DNA from: an uncultured Pelagibacteraceae bacterium
GTDB taxonomy: Bacteria; Pseudomonadota; Alphaproteobacteria; Pelagibacterales; Pelagibacteraceae
Assembly: GCA_902549495.1 (NCBI GenBank)
Contig: CACCVU010000001.1
Span: forward strand, 28,615-92,614
Direction of reading: 5' to 3'
Length of the DNA stretch: 64,000 nucleotides
Positions within the stretch are counted from its first letter, which is position 1. Each line of letters opens with the position of its first letter. The notes beneath the pieces are model-generated. The model did not search any database. It worked only from the letters and a program-made list of their open reading frames with translations, and had not been told where the DNA came from. Positions 9,422 through 19,354 of this stretch are shown here, piece by piece. The position numbers were made by a program, and so were the translations under genes.

Positions 9422-11152
9422 ATGTCATCTGAGCAGACATTAATTGATAAAAATCCAGCACAAAAAGAGTTCTCAAAACTCTTAGAAGACGATTTCAAAG
9501 ATAGAAAGCTAGTCGAAAATAGAATTGTAAAAGCTAAGGTAATAGAAATATTAAAAGGTTATGTAATCGTGGATGCCCGAGGTAAATCAGAGGCAATGAT
9601 TCCTCGATCAGAATTCAAAGAAGAAGAAATCGCTAAACTTAAAGTAGGATCATCAATTAATTGTTTTGTTGAGAGAATAGAAAGTATGAAAACTGGTGAA
9701 ATAGTTTTAAGTTATGAAAAAGCTAAGTCCTTAGCTGCATGGGAAAAATGTATCACTGCACACGAGAATAAAGAAGAATTAACTGGAGTAGTGACCAATA
9801 AAATTAAGGGAGGGTATGTCTGCAAACTTTTTTCTGGAGCTATCTCAGCATTTTTACCTACTAGCCAGCTAGACCGAGTTCCCATAAAAGGTTCTGCTGT
9901 AGACCGTTTAATGAACACTCCAATAAAGGTAATGATTGTTAGGATTGATAGAGCTAGAGGAAACTTGGCCGTGAGTCGTAGGGAAGTATTATCTAAAAAA
10001 GTAAATGCGGAGACAGCTGAAGCCTTGAAAGAAATTAAGGAAAATGACATTGTAACTTCGACGGTCCACAATATTAACGATTGGGCTGTTTTCACCACTT
10101 ATAAAAATATACAAATGATGTGTCATGTTTCGGATTTGAGTTTTTCTCGTGTCAAAAAACCATCAGACTTAGTTTCTATAGGTGACAAATTAAAAGTTCG
10201 TATCATCAAGATAGATAAAACTACAAACAAAGTATCGTGTTCGGTCAAAGCTCTCAATGAGGATCCGTATTTAAATATTGAAAAACGCTATAAGGTTGGC
10301 GAGATTTACGAAGGAACAGTGTCATCCATAAAAACTTACGGTGCCTTTGTGCAGATTGAGTCTGGAATAGAAGCCCTATGTCATTCTTCGGAGATTTCAC
10401 ACCTAAATAGGAATATAAATCCTAGTAAAGTATTTTCAGTTTCAGAAAAAATTAAGTTTAAAATTTTAAGCATTGATAAGGAAAATAGACGTCTGTCGAT
10501 CTCGCATAAAGCGTGTTTTACCAATCCATGGGATAAAATACAAGATCAACTCGGAGAAAAGGTAAAAGTTAAAGTGAATAACGTAACTGACAAAGCCGTC
10601 TTTGCGGAGATAGAAGACTCTGGTCTGAATTGCATGATGCACTACAAAGAAATCGATTGGCTCGAGAATATAGATAGTCTTAAAAAATTTAAAAAAGGAA
10701 TGACTTTGACTGTAAAAATCATTGAAGTAAAAGATGAACGTATAAGAATTAGTTTGCGAGCTTGTGAAAAAGATCCATTAGACTGGTTTAAGGATAATAA
10801 GAAAAAGGTAGGTTCAGTAATATCTACAAAGGTAGTTGAAGTTTTAAAATCTGGAGTCAAAGTAGCTGTAGACCCTGAAAAAAAAGTAATTGTTATGATT
10901 AAAAAGAATCAATTAGCTATTGAACTTGCTGATTGTCGCCCAGAAATATACAGTGTGGGTAATACTATGGCAGATGCGCTCATTGAGGAATTAGATTACG
11001 AGAAACGTAGAGTAGTGTTAAGTCCTAAAGCAGCCCAAAAAAAAGAGCAAGACTCGCTAATCAAAAAGTTTGGAGAAGGTGCCGCAAAATCAGGGGCCAC
11101 GTTGAAGTCAATATTCGATCGAGCTTTGGGTAATAAAGAGAAAAAAAAATAA
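9422..11152 (+). CDS. rpsA: 30S ribosomal protein S1
   Basis: Six S1 repeats, AFLPTSQLD, VSRR, YGAFV, SGATLKSIF tail. Confidence 0.95.
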   Translation: MSSEQTLIDKNPAQKEFSKLLEDDFKDRKLVENRIVKAKVIEILKGYVIVDARGKSEAMIPRSEFKEEEIAKLKVGSSINCFVERIESMKTGEIVLSYEKAKSLAAWEKCITAHENKEELTGVVTNKIKGGYVCKLFSGAISAFLPTSQLDRVPIKGSAVDRLMNTPIKVMIVRIDRARGNLAVSRREVLSKKVNAETAEALKEIKENDIVTSTVHNINDWAVFTTYKNIQMMCHVSDLSFSRVKKPSDLVSIGDKLKVRIIKIDKTTNKVSCSVKALNEDPYLNIEKRYKVGEIYEGTVSSIKTYGAFVQIESGIEALCHSSEISHLNRNINPSKVFSVSEKIKFKILSIDKENRRLSISHKACFTNPWDKIQDQLGEKVKVKVNNVTDKAVFAEIEDSGLNCMMHYKEIDWLENIDSLKKFKKGMTLTVKIIEVKDERIRISLRACEKDPLDWFKDNKKKVGSVISTKVVEVLKSGVKVAVDPEKKVIVMIKKNQLAIELADCRPEIYSVGNTMADALIEELDYEKRRVVLSPKAAQKKEQDSLIKKFGEGAAKSGATLKSIFDRALGNKEKKK

Positions 11153-11437
11153 TTGTCGAGAAAAAAGATTATTAAAGAATTAAAAATAAAAAATCCAGCA
11201 CTGACAATATTAGAAATTGAAAACATACTAGATATTTTTACAGAAAGCATAGTCAATGCATTGAAGGACGGCCAAGCAATTCACCTAAGGCGCCTAGGTC
11301 GAATTTATCTAAAAAAACTTAAAGCTAATGCAAACCTAAGAAATCCAAGAACTAATAAATTAATCTACCGTCCAGAACGAATTAAGATTAGATTTAGAGC
11401 ATCAAAAGAATTAAATAAAAAGATAAATGAAAATTAA
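11153..11437 (+). CDS. ihfB: Integration host factor beta/HU-family DNA-binding protein
   Basis: RNPRT arm and FRASKEL; follows rpsA; TTG start. Confidence 0.8.
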   Translation: MSRKKIIKELKIKNPALTILEIENILDIFTESIVNALKDGQAIHLRRLGRIYLKKLKANANLRNPRTNKLIYRPERIKIRFRASKELNKKINEN

Positions 11438-12104
11438 AAAAAAAAAGGTATTTATTGCTTGCGATACGACCGATCCAAACAAAATAAATCAAATAATCAA
11501 AAAAACTCAAAATTCAAAAATAAATTTTGGATATAAATTTGGGTTACAGTTTTTAAACTCTAAAAATGGCAGAAAATTTGTTTCAAACCTAAAGAATAAA
11601 ATTACTTTTGGAGACTATAAATTAGCAGATATTCCTAATACCTGTGTATCAGCTGTAAAAGCTGTTCGAGATTTAAAATTAAATTATATTACAATTCATA
11701 TAAGTTCAGGCTTGAAAGCGCTTAAGGCCGTGAAAAGAGTTTCAGGTAAAACAAAATTAGTTGGTGTTACGATACTTACTTCGCTTGATAATAAATCTTT
11801 AAAAGAAATTGGATTTGATAAAAATTTAAAGAAATTAGTGCAACATCAGGCTAGGTTGGCAACTAAAGCAAAATTAGATGCAATTGTATGTAGTCCCCAT
11901 GAAATTAAGATTGTTAGAAGAGTGTTTAAAAAAGAAATAATTACTCCAGGCATTAGATTATTAGGAGACAGTAAAGGTGATCAAAAAAGAGTGATGTCAC
12001 CCAAACAAGCTTTTCATAATGGGGCAACGGCCTTAGTAATGGGTAGAAGTCTGACAGATAATATTGAAAAGAATATTAAAAAACTTATCAAAGATTTAAA
12101 TTAA
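11427..12104 (+). CDS. pyrF: Orotidine-5'-phosphate decarboxylase
   Basis: DYKLADIPNT, GVTILTS, TPGIR, DQKR, VMGRS. Confidence 0.95.
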   Translation: MKIKKKKVFIACDTTDPNKINQIIKKTQNSKINFGYKFGLQFLNSKNGRKFVSNLKNKITFGDYKLADIPNTCVSAVKAVRDLKLNYITIHISSGLKALKAVKRVSGKTKLVGVTILTSLDNKSLKEIGFDKNLKKLVQHQARLATKAKLDAIVCSPHEIKIVRRVFKKEIITPGIRLLGDSKGDQKRVMSPKQAFHNGATALVMGRSLTDNIEKNIKKLIKDLN

Positions 12105-12105
12105 T

Positions 12106-12726
12106 ATGAGAATAAAAATTTGTGGCTTACACCCGGTCAGAGATGTACAGCTATGTCTCGACCTTGGAACAGATTTCTTAGGATTTATATTTTATGAAAA
12201 ATCTCCACGAAACCTAAACTTAGAAGATGTCCAAAAATTAAAGAAATACAATAAACAAAATTCTTTTTTTACAGCTGTAACTGTGGATCCAACTGATGAA
12301 TTTATCAAAAATACAGTTATTGGCAATTTCGATTATATACAACTTCATGGTTCAGAGAAGCCCGGAAGAGTAAAAGAAATCGCATCTATGGGATTAAAAG
12401 TAATAAAAGCTATTAAGGTAAAAGATGAATTGGATATAGACAATTATAAAAGTTATAATACTGCAGAAATAATTTTATTTGATACTCCTGGAATGGAAAA
12501 ATCTTTTGAGTTTCCAAAAAGTTTAATCTCAAAACTTCCTAAAGGGAATAGATTCGCATTAGCTGGCTCGATCAGTGAAAATAACGTTGAAAATCTTGTA
12601 AAATTAGGGGTTAACTTTTTTGATTTATCGTCTAGTTTAGAAACTAAATTAGGACATAAAGATCATTTAAAAATTCAAAATTTTATGAAAAAAATTAACT
12701 CAATAAATGAAAATTCCTCCATTTAA
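12106..12726 (+). CDS. trpF: Phosphoribosylanthranilate isomerase
   Basis: IKICG, GFIFYEKSPR, IQLHGSE; precedes trpB. Confidence 0.9.
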   Translation: MRIKICGLHPVRDVQLCLDLGTDFLGFIFYEKSPRNLNLEDVQKLKKYNKQNSFFTAVTVDPTDEFIKNTVIGNFDYIQLHGSEKPGRVKEIASMGLKVIKAIKVKDELDIDNYKSYNTAEIILFDTPGMEKSFEFPKSLISKLPKGNRFALAGSISENNVENLVKLGVNFFDLSSSLETKLGHKDHLKIQNFMKKINSINENSSI

Positions 12727-13951
12727 AGAAATAAATCCGCCTACAAAAGATGGTTTTTGGATTAATAAAAAAACTAAAGAGCGGTTTGGTGGTCAGTATA
12801 TCTCTCCTTTGCTTGTTCCAAATCTAAAAAGAGTAGAGAAAGGTTTTTTTAAGGCCATTAAAGATAAAAAGTTTATGACAGAGCTCAACGAGGAGTTGCT
12901 CTCTTTTATTGGTGTTAATACGCCTGTTCATTTTAGCCCAGAACTTACTAAATTAGCTGGAGGTGAAAAGAAAATTGGCAAAATTTATCTTAAAAGAACA
13001 GACTTACATACAAATCATAGTCACAAACCTGTATCTGCCTATTCTTCTTGTAAGCTAGCAAAGTATTTAGGCTTCAAAAAAATTTTAACAGAAACTGGTG
13101 CCTTCCAAAATGGTCGTGCCGTTGCCTCTGCTTGTGCTGCTTTAGGACTGGATTTAGATATATACGTTGGTGCAAAAGATGCAAAAAAATTGGCAATTAA
13201 TAAAGATATATCTGCCCTTCATGGTGCAAATATAATTGAGGTACATGACTCCACAAAATCTTTATTACCAGCTATGGCCGCGGCTCTTCGTGCTTTCCAA
13301 AGTGAACCTGACTCGATGTATGTAGTTGGCTCGGTCGCAGGTCCGATGCCGTACCCATTGCTCGTAAGAACATTCGCTAGTGTCATTGGCAGAATTACTA
13401 AAAAACAATTTAAAGATTTAGTTGGTAAAGATCCATCAACTATATTTTGCGTCTGCGGCGGCGGATCTAATATGCTTTCAATTCAATACCCCTATCTTAG
13501 AACCAAAAATACAAAATTATATGCAGTAGAGTCTGCTGGTAAGGGTTTAAAAACTGGAAAACACGGAGCTACTATTGGTGGCGGTGGAAAAATGGGAATT
13601 TTACTTGGCATGCAATCTAAAGTTTTGTTAGCTGGAGAGAATATTGCTGAAAGCTTCACTGAAGCTTCGGGCTTAGATTTTTCATCTATAGGGCCAGAAG
13701 TAGCATATCTCCAGTCGATAGGAAGGATAAAATTTTTGACTGCTACGGATTTAGAAGCAAAAAAAACCTTTATGATGATGGCTCGTAAAGTTGGTTTAAT
13801 TTGTGCTATCGAGGCTTGTTATGTGATTCATGCTGCAATCAAAGAAATTAGAAAAATAGGAAAGCCTAAACAAAATCATTTAATTCACTTATGTGGCGCT
13901 GGAGAACCAAATGTTGCACAAATGATGGAACATATGAAAAAAAATAAATGA
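12707..13951 (+). CDS. trpB: Tryptophan synthase beta chain (highly divergent)
   Basis: FGGQY, HSHK (PLP Lys), ETGA, GSVAGPMPYP, GGGSN, GLDF..IGPE; trpF-trpB-trpA order. Confidence 0.92.
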   Translation: MKIPPFKEINPPTKDGFWINKKTKERFGGQYISPLLVPNLKRVEKGFFKAIKDKKFMTELNEELLSFIGVNTPVHFSPELTKLAGGEKKIGKIYLKRTDLHTNHSHKPVSAYSSCKLAKYLGFKKILTETGAFQNGRAVASACAALGLDLDIYVGAKDAKKLAINKDISALHGANIIEVHDSTKSLLPAMAAALRAFQSEPDSMYVVGSVAGPMPYPLLVRTFASVIGRITKKQFKDLVGKDPSTIFCVCGGGSNMLSIQYPYLRTKNTKLYAVESAGKGLKTGKHGATIGGGGKMGILLGMQSKVLLAGENIAESFTEASGLDFSSIGPEVAYLQSIGRIKFLTATDLEAKKTFMMMARKVGLICAIEACYVIHAAIKEIRKIGKPKQNHLIHLCGAGEPNVAQMMEHMKKNK

Positions 13952-14772
13952 GTAAACTTAATATTCTTTTTAAAGAAGCCAAAAAAAATAAAAAAAAAAT
14001 ATTTATTGGATTTGTAACAAGCGGTGATCCCAATTACAAATCATCCAAAGAAATTATGAAAGAAATGACAAAATCTTGTCAGATTATTGAAGCAGGGCAA
14101 AGTTTTTCCACTAGCACAAGTGACTCGCCAATTATTATGGAGGCAAATGATCGGGCTATAAATTCTGGTATGAATATGAAAAAAACTTTTAAACTCATAA
14201 AAGAAGTGAAAAGAGAAACCAAGACAAATACTTGTTTTGTCATAATGACATATTTAAATCCGGTAAAGATCTTTGGATTAAAAAAATTTGTTAATCAATG
14301 TAATTTTGTGGGTATCGATGGTGTTATAATAGTAGATAGCAATCTAAACTCGCCAGAGGAAAAGATTTTAATAAATGGTCTCTCAAAAAATAAAATTGGT
14401 TACGTTAAAATCATTAGCCCTACAAACGACGATGAGTTTATTAAGCAAAGTATAAAAAATTGCCATGACTCTTGGTTGTATATTACTTCTTATTATGGAC
14501 TAACCGGCTCTAAAAACGTAAATATAAATAATGTTAAAGCAATGATAAAAAGAGTTAGAAAATATTCTAAAGATATACCTGTGGCAGTTGGATTTGGCGT
14601 AAAAACGCCATCTCAAGTAAAGCAAGTCTCTAAATATGCTGACGGGGTAATTTGTGGCTCAACTATAGTGAATAAAGTGGCACAGGGCCATAAAAAAAGG
14701 TTAAAAGGTAAAAAATTAGCCACATTTGTCTCATCTTATGTTAAGAAACTATCAAAGGGAATCAGGAAATGA
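13948..14772 (+). CDS. trpA: Tryptophan synthase alpha chain (divergent)
   Basis: SGDP, IIE..(E49) and SDSPII (D60), MTYLNP, GLTG, VGFGV, ADGVICGS. Confidence 0.92.
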   Translation: MSKLNILFKEAKKNKKKIFIGFVTSGDPNYKSSKEIMKEMTKSCQIIEAGQSFSTSTSDSPIIMEANDRAINSGMNMKKTFKLIKEVKRETKTNTCFVIMTYLNPVKIFGLKKFVNQCNFVGIDGVIIVDSNLNSPEEKILINGLSKNKIGYVKIISPTNDDEFIKQSIKNCHDSWLYITSYYGLTGSKNVNINNVKAMIKRVRKYSKDIPVAVGFGVKTPSQVKQVSKYADGVICGSTIVNKVAQGHKKRLKGKKLATFVSSYVKKLSKGIRK

Positions 14773-15734
14773 ACTGGATCTTAAACTTTAAAACTAAATT
14801 TGTAGAAAAAGTAAAACAAACCTTTAAGCGAGATAGGCCTTCAAAGGTAGACCAAGCGAATAGCGCTTGGATTAATTGCCCTGGTTGCAACCAAATGCAA
14901 TTAAGAGAGGACCTGAAAAAGAATTTTAATGTTTGTAAATGTCAATATCATTTTGATTTAGATCCAAAAATTAGATTTGATAAACTTATTTTTGATAATG
15001 GTTACGAGTTAATTCCTTGTCCTAAATATGCAGACCCCGATCCAATAAATTTTGTTATTAATGGTAAAAAGGCTATTGATAAATACAAAAATTATCAAGA
15101 AAAAACTGGGCAAGAAAGTGCAATATTAATTGCAGCGGGTAAAATGAATGGCCTAAATGTTGTTTGTGCAGGGTATAACTTTGCTTTCGGTGCCAGTGCG
15201 ATATCGTTACGTGAGTCGGAACACTTACTTGCTGCTATGCAGTACGCACTAGATAACAAAGTAGACTGTTTTATAAGTTTTTATTGTAGTGGGGGGATGG
15301 ATGTTAAGGGGAACCTTTTTTCTTTAACCAAAGGAATGTCGGCTATAATTTTAGCAATGAATGAATTAAAAAGAAAAAATATTTTAACTGTTGGCGTGCT
15401 ATCTTCGAAAACAACTGGAGGTTTGTTTGTTGACACTTTTGCTAACGATACTCTTTGGTCAGAATGTAAGAGCTCAAACAACTTATTATTTTCAGGAAAA
15501 AGAGTTTCTGCGGGTGTCAGATCATCTGATAAAGAGGAAATGCCAGAAGACTATGGAGAAGGAGCCGCACTAACTCGAAATGGAATGAGCGACGGCTATT
15601 TTGAAAATAGATTAGAAATCAAAGATAAGTTATCTACTTTAATAAGAGTGCTTCTTAAAAAACCAGAAAAAGAGGCAAAAGCTGAGTCAACATCAAATGT
15701 CAAAGTTGATATACCAGCAATTAGCGCGTCATAA
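14769..15734 (+). CDS. accD: Acetyl-CoA carboxylase carboxyltransferase beta subunit (highly divergent)
   Basis: MNW start, W..CPGC..CKC zinc finger, DPINF, SGG, TTGG; trpA-accD-folC synteny. Confidence 0.88.
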   Translation: MNWILNFKTKFVEKVKQTFKRDRPSKVDQANSAWINCPGCNQMQLREDLKKNFNVCKCQYHFDLDPKIRFDKLIFDNGYELIPCPKYADPDPINFVINGKKAIDKYKNYQEKTGQESAILIAAGKMNGLNVVCAGYNFAFGASAISLRESEHLLAAMQYALDNKVDCFISFYCSGGMDVKGNLFSLTKGMSAIILAMNELKRKNILTVGVLSSKTTGGLFVDTFANDTLWSECKSSNNLLFSGKRVSAGVRSSDKEEMPEDYGEGAALTRNGMSDGYFENRLEIKDKLSTLIRVLLKKPEKEAKAESTSNVKVDIPAISAS

Positions 15735-16950
15735 ATTATTTAACAAATCTGTTAAGTTTGGTCTTACAAGAATTAAACTTGCTCTCAATTTATTAGGAAA
15801 TCCAGAAAGAAAACTTAAAAACGTCATTAGCGTACTTGGAGAGTCAGGAAAATTCACTACGTTATGGTCATTAAAAAATTTCATAGAAGCGAACAATCAA
15901 ACTGTATCAACTTATACTTCGCCGTCAATTTTTGATATTCGAGATAGATACTATATGGGAAAAGGATATTTATCTTATAAAGAAATTAAAGAGACTATTA
16001 AAAAAATTGAAAAGTTAAAAATTCCCTTAACTGTGTATGAAGTTCTTACTTTAGTTTATGTAATAAATGCCTCCAAACTAAATGTAGATTATTTTATTAT
16101 AGAGACAGGAGCGCTGTGGAAAAATGATTGTTCGAATATATTTTTTTTCCCGCTCGCTCAAGTTGTTACAAATATAAATCTTCAACACAAGATATTTCTT
16201 AAAAAGAAAACTCTTGATGAAATAATAAAAGAAGATACAGGGTATTTATCCAGCTTTAGTAACATATATATAGCAAAACAAACTCCATATGTATTAAAGA
16301 AGGCTAAACTTTATTTGAAAAAAAATAAAAGTATAATCCATTATCCAAGTTCTTGGAGATTAATAAAAAAAAATAATCTTTATTTTTACCAAGATAAGTC
16401 AACAAAAATTAAGCTTAATGCTAAAAATGTACATAGCGAAGGCATGTTTAGCAATATTGCTCATGCTATCAAAATAGCTTTAGATTTAAATATCAGCAAA
16501 AAAGTTATAGAAAAAACTATTCCCAATCTAGCTTTTCCAGGAAGATACGATTATTTAAAAAAAGGTAAAATAAAAAAAATGTTACATAAAAATGAAATGA
16601 TAATGATAGATGGTGCTCATGCACCAGCAGACTCGTTGAATTTGTATAAATATCTTAAAACAATAAGATTACCCGTATATGGTGTTTGGGCTATGTCCAA
16701 AAATAAAGAGCCAGATGAATTCATTAAAAACTTGAAAGGTATTTTTAAAAAGATAGTTACCATTCCTATAAAAGACGAAGATTCCGTTTCTGCCAAAAAA
16801 CTCAACAAAATAGCCAATAATAATAAAATTAAGTCTGAAGCAGCAAAAGATTTTAAAGATGCATTAAAAAAAATCAGTAGTAATGAAAAAAAACTTATCT
16901 GCTGCTTCGGTAGCCTATATTCCGTTTCAAATATATTAAATCAAAACTAA
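15697..16950 (+). CDS. folC: Dihydrofolate/folylpolyglutamate synthase (highly divergent)
   Basis: GLTRIK..LGNPE, YTSP, FPGR, IDGAH, GSLY; synteny. Confidence 0.88.
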   Translation: MSKLIYQQLARHKLFNKSVKFGLTRIKLALNLLGNPERKLKNVISVLGESGKFTTLWSLKNFIEANNQTVSTYTSPSIFDIRDRYYMGKGYLSYKEIKETIKKIEKLKIPLTVYEVLTLVYVINASKLNVDYFIIETGALWKNDCSNIFFFPLAQVVTNINLQHKIFLKKKTLDEIIKEDTGYLSSFSNIYIAKQTPYVLKKAKLYLKKNKSIIHYPSSWRLIKKNNLYFYQDKSTKIKLNAKNVHSEGMFSNIAHAIKIALDLNISKKVIEKTIPNLAFPGRYDYLKKGKIKKMLHKNEMIMIDGAHAPADSLNLYKYLKTIRLPVYGVWAMSKNKEPDEFIKNLKGIFKKIVTIPIKDEDSVSAKKLNKIANNNKIKSEAAKDFKDALKKISSNEKKLICCFGSLYSVSNILNQN

Positions 16951-17267
16951 ACGTTTGCTTTTATCCAAGCTGTAACTGTTTCGTAATCCAAGGCTCCAAC
17001 TTTTTGGGAAACTACCTTCCGATTTTTTATTATGAACATTTGAGGGATGGATCTGATTCCAAATTCGGTCGCAGTCTCCACACCATCCTTATCAATTTCC
17101 ATAGAAACAAAATTTACATCAGGAAACGACTCCGATGCTTTTAAAACCACAGGGGTGAGTTGATGACATGGCCCGCAAAAATCTGCTTGAAATTTTATTA
17201 CTGTTGTTTTCGGGTTATCTAAAACTTCTTTTTTATAAGTTTCGTCTGTAACTTTTTTTATCGGCAT
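16947..17267 (-). CDS. trxA: Thioredoxin
   Basis: FCGPC active site, GIRSIP cis-Pro loop, VGAL. Confidence 0.92.
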   Translation of the reverse strand: MPIKKVTDETYKKEVLDNPKTTVIKFQADFCGPCHQLTPVVLKASESFPDVNFVSMEIDKDGVETATEFGIRSIPQMFIIKNRKVVSQKVGALDYETVTAWIKANV

Positions 17268-17311
17268 AAGGAAAATTATAAATATTAATGATAAAAGTCA
17301 ATTTTTTAAAA

Positions 17312-17512
17312 TTAATTATATATTGCAATCTGTTTATAACATTGAGGTTTTGTCCTGCTCCGGCCCACTTCAATTCTCTGGCCGGTATCTTTGACGCAAT
17401 AGATATAATAATAAAATTCGTTGTTTTCGTAGTCTCTTACTTCTTCAATTCGAATTTCTGTAATTGAGTTTTCTAATTCTTTATTATTATGTAGCTTAAT
17501 GATATTTGTCAT
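17312..17512 (-). CDS. Small hypothetical protein
   Basis: 66-aa ORF overlapping the upstream ORF in the same operon-like run. Confidence 0.6.
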   Translation of the reverse strand: MTNIIKLHNNKELENSITEIRIEEVRDYENNEFYYYIYCVKDTGQRIEVGRSRTKPQCYKQIAIYN

Positions 17513-17903
17513 TAGTATCTTTTTTATGATTGCCGTTATGAAGATGCTTATTACTTTTAACTAATAATGGTGTCACCTCATCCATTAATTCTGAATATTC
17601 TTGTTTTAATCTATTTAACCTTTCTTTCTTATCTTCCGCATCAATATATTTTTTCATTATTTCAACATCCACTACAGCTCTTTCGTAATCACGCCTATCT
17701 TTTAAGTAATAAAGATAGTTTAAAATATTTGTAGGTAAGTTTATGATCCAAAGCATTAAAGTTGTTAAGGGTAATCTAAATAGTAATTTATACTCTGTTT
17801 GTTTATAAAGTTCTTTGTAAGTAAAATAATCTTCCATTTGCCTCATATATTTAATTCTACCTTTAATACTCTTTTTAAAATGATAATAAATTCTTGTTTT
17901 CAT
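17496..17903 (-). CDS. Hypothetical protein with central hydrophobic segment and C-terminal coiled coil
   Basis: ORF; ATG 17903 lies just after the exonuclease I stop. Confidence 0.65.
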   Translation of the reverse strand: MKTRIYYHFKKSIKGRIKYMRQMEDYFTYKELYKQTEYKLLFRLPLTTLMLWIINLPTNILNYLYYLKDRRDYERAVVDVEIMKKYIDAEDKKERLNRLKQEYSELMDEVTPLLVKSNKHLHNGNHKKDTNDKYH

Positions 17904-17907
17904 ATTT

Positions 17908-19347
17908 TTAAATATATTTCTCGTAGCTTGATTGCATATTAAAAAGATACTTATCAAGTTTAATTAGTTTTTTCATTTTTTCATTATCTTCATCATTTTC
18001 AGCTTGTAGTTTTAAAGTATCGAGTCTTGCAAACTGCGCTGGTATATTTGTAAATACTGAGTCGTCTCCATCATTATTTAAAATAAAACTAGCTATTCTT
18101 TTTTTTATTCTTGTATAATCTCGTTTACTTAATATCTTAATAAAATCTTCTTCGGTATGTTCCTCATAAATAACCATTTCGGCTAAAGTCTTTATTTCGT
18201 CTCTTTTAAATTTATTAAATATCTTTTTCTTTTCATCATTTGTTTCCGCCAGATTAAATGCATCCATTAATTTTCTCTCTTCAATAGATGGGTTGAGTTT
18301 ATAAATCATTTGCTCAGGCTCTAATTTTCGCTGATCATTTTCCATTTTTTCATCTAGTCTCTCTTGTTGAATTTTCTTAATTTTATTTAATATTTCCTCT
18401 CTATTTTGACTTATAACTTTTTGTCTTCTCTCTAACTCTTTCATGCCTAAATTTTTATAAACATCATCATTAAGCGCATATTTCTTATCCATTAAAAGAG
18501 GGGATCGATTTGCTTTTTGTGTTCTGCACCACTTAGGAGAAGCATCCAGTTCTTTTTTAAATGCATCAGTGTCATTTAAAACACTCAGAATTTCTTCTGG
18601 CGATTTACGAAGATCATACGTCAAGTACCACGAAGGGTAGATCCCTTCTCCAAGTAACGTTCCCGCATATATCTTTGCAACCCTCCATGCTTCCATCCAA
18701 CAAAATATTGGCGTCGATAGAAGTTTTGGAAGTACGTCAGATTTTCTTCTTAAAGCTAGGGACGCCTTAAAAACTTCAGGAGCTTTTTTAGCTAACAACT
18801 CTCCTAACTTCATAGTACTTACAGTATCTCCATAACTAGTATGAGCTACAGTTTTTATATTATTCACTCTACAAACCGACTCGAGTTTATATATGGGTAA
18901 ATTTTTATCGTTTAGTTCAAAAGAGATAGAATTAGGTGCAAAAAGATTTACTGATCTCACGACAGGTAATAAATCAAACGAGTCGGAATTAGTCAGATAA
19001 GGCCAACGTAAATTCACAAATAAACTATGATTTAGTAAGACTGTATCGTAGTTATGATTATTAAATCCAACAAATATAGCTCCCATTTTTTTCCACTTAG
19101 TAAATTTCTCTTCTAATTTTTTTAACATCACGCCGTAAGTATCTTCTTTCATTAGATCATCTATATCTAATCCATTTACAAGCATCGCATCAACCTCAAG
19201 CGGTCTACTTTTTCGTGGCCTAGAAAGTAGTGTAAACTGGTCTAATATTTCAAACTTATCTGTCGTCAGCACTCCCGAAATACTCAGTACGCTCGCCTTG
19301 GTACATGCGCCGCTGTCACTTTCTATATCAAACCAACAAAAATACAT
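17908..19347 (-). CDS. sbcB: Exodeoxyribonuclease I-like DEDDh 3'-5' exonuclease (divergent)
   Basis: FDIES (Exo I), GFNNHNYD (Exo II), YKLE, AHTSYGD (Exo III), YDL motif; 479 aa. Confidence 0.8.
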   Translation of the reverse strand: MYFCWFDIESDSGACTKASVLSISGVLTTDKFEILDQFTLLSRPRKSRPLEVDAMLVNGLDIDDLMKEDTYGVMLKKLEEKFTKWKKMGAIFVGFNNHNYDTVLLNHSLFVNLRWPYLTNSDSFDLLPVVRSVNLFAPNSISFELNDKNLPIYKLESVCRVNNIKTVAHTSYGDTVSTMKLGELLAKKAPEVFKASLALRRKSDVLPKLLSTPIFCWMEAWRVAKIYAGTLLGEGIYPSWYLTYDLRKSPEEILSVLNDTDAFKKELDASPKWCRTQKANRSPLLMDKKYALNDDVYKNLGMKELERRQKVISQNREEILNKIKKIQQERLDEKMENDQRKLEPEQMIYKLNPSIEERKLMDAFNLAETNDEKKKIFNKFKRDEIKTLAEMVIYEEHTEEDFIKILSKRDYTRIKKRIASFILNNDGDDSVFTNIPAQFARLDTLKLQAENDEDNEKMKKLIKLDKYLFNMQSSYEKYI

Positions 19348-19354
19348 TTTTATT

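Noticed and set aside
17259-17286. dif-like site TATCGGCATAA-GGAAAA-TTATAAATATT
   Set aside because: Spacing fits, but the XerD arm matches TTATGTTAAAT poorly and the site overlaps the trxA start; chance match is likely in AT-rich DNA.
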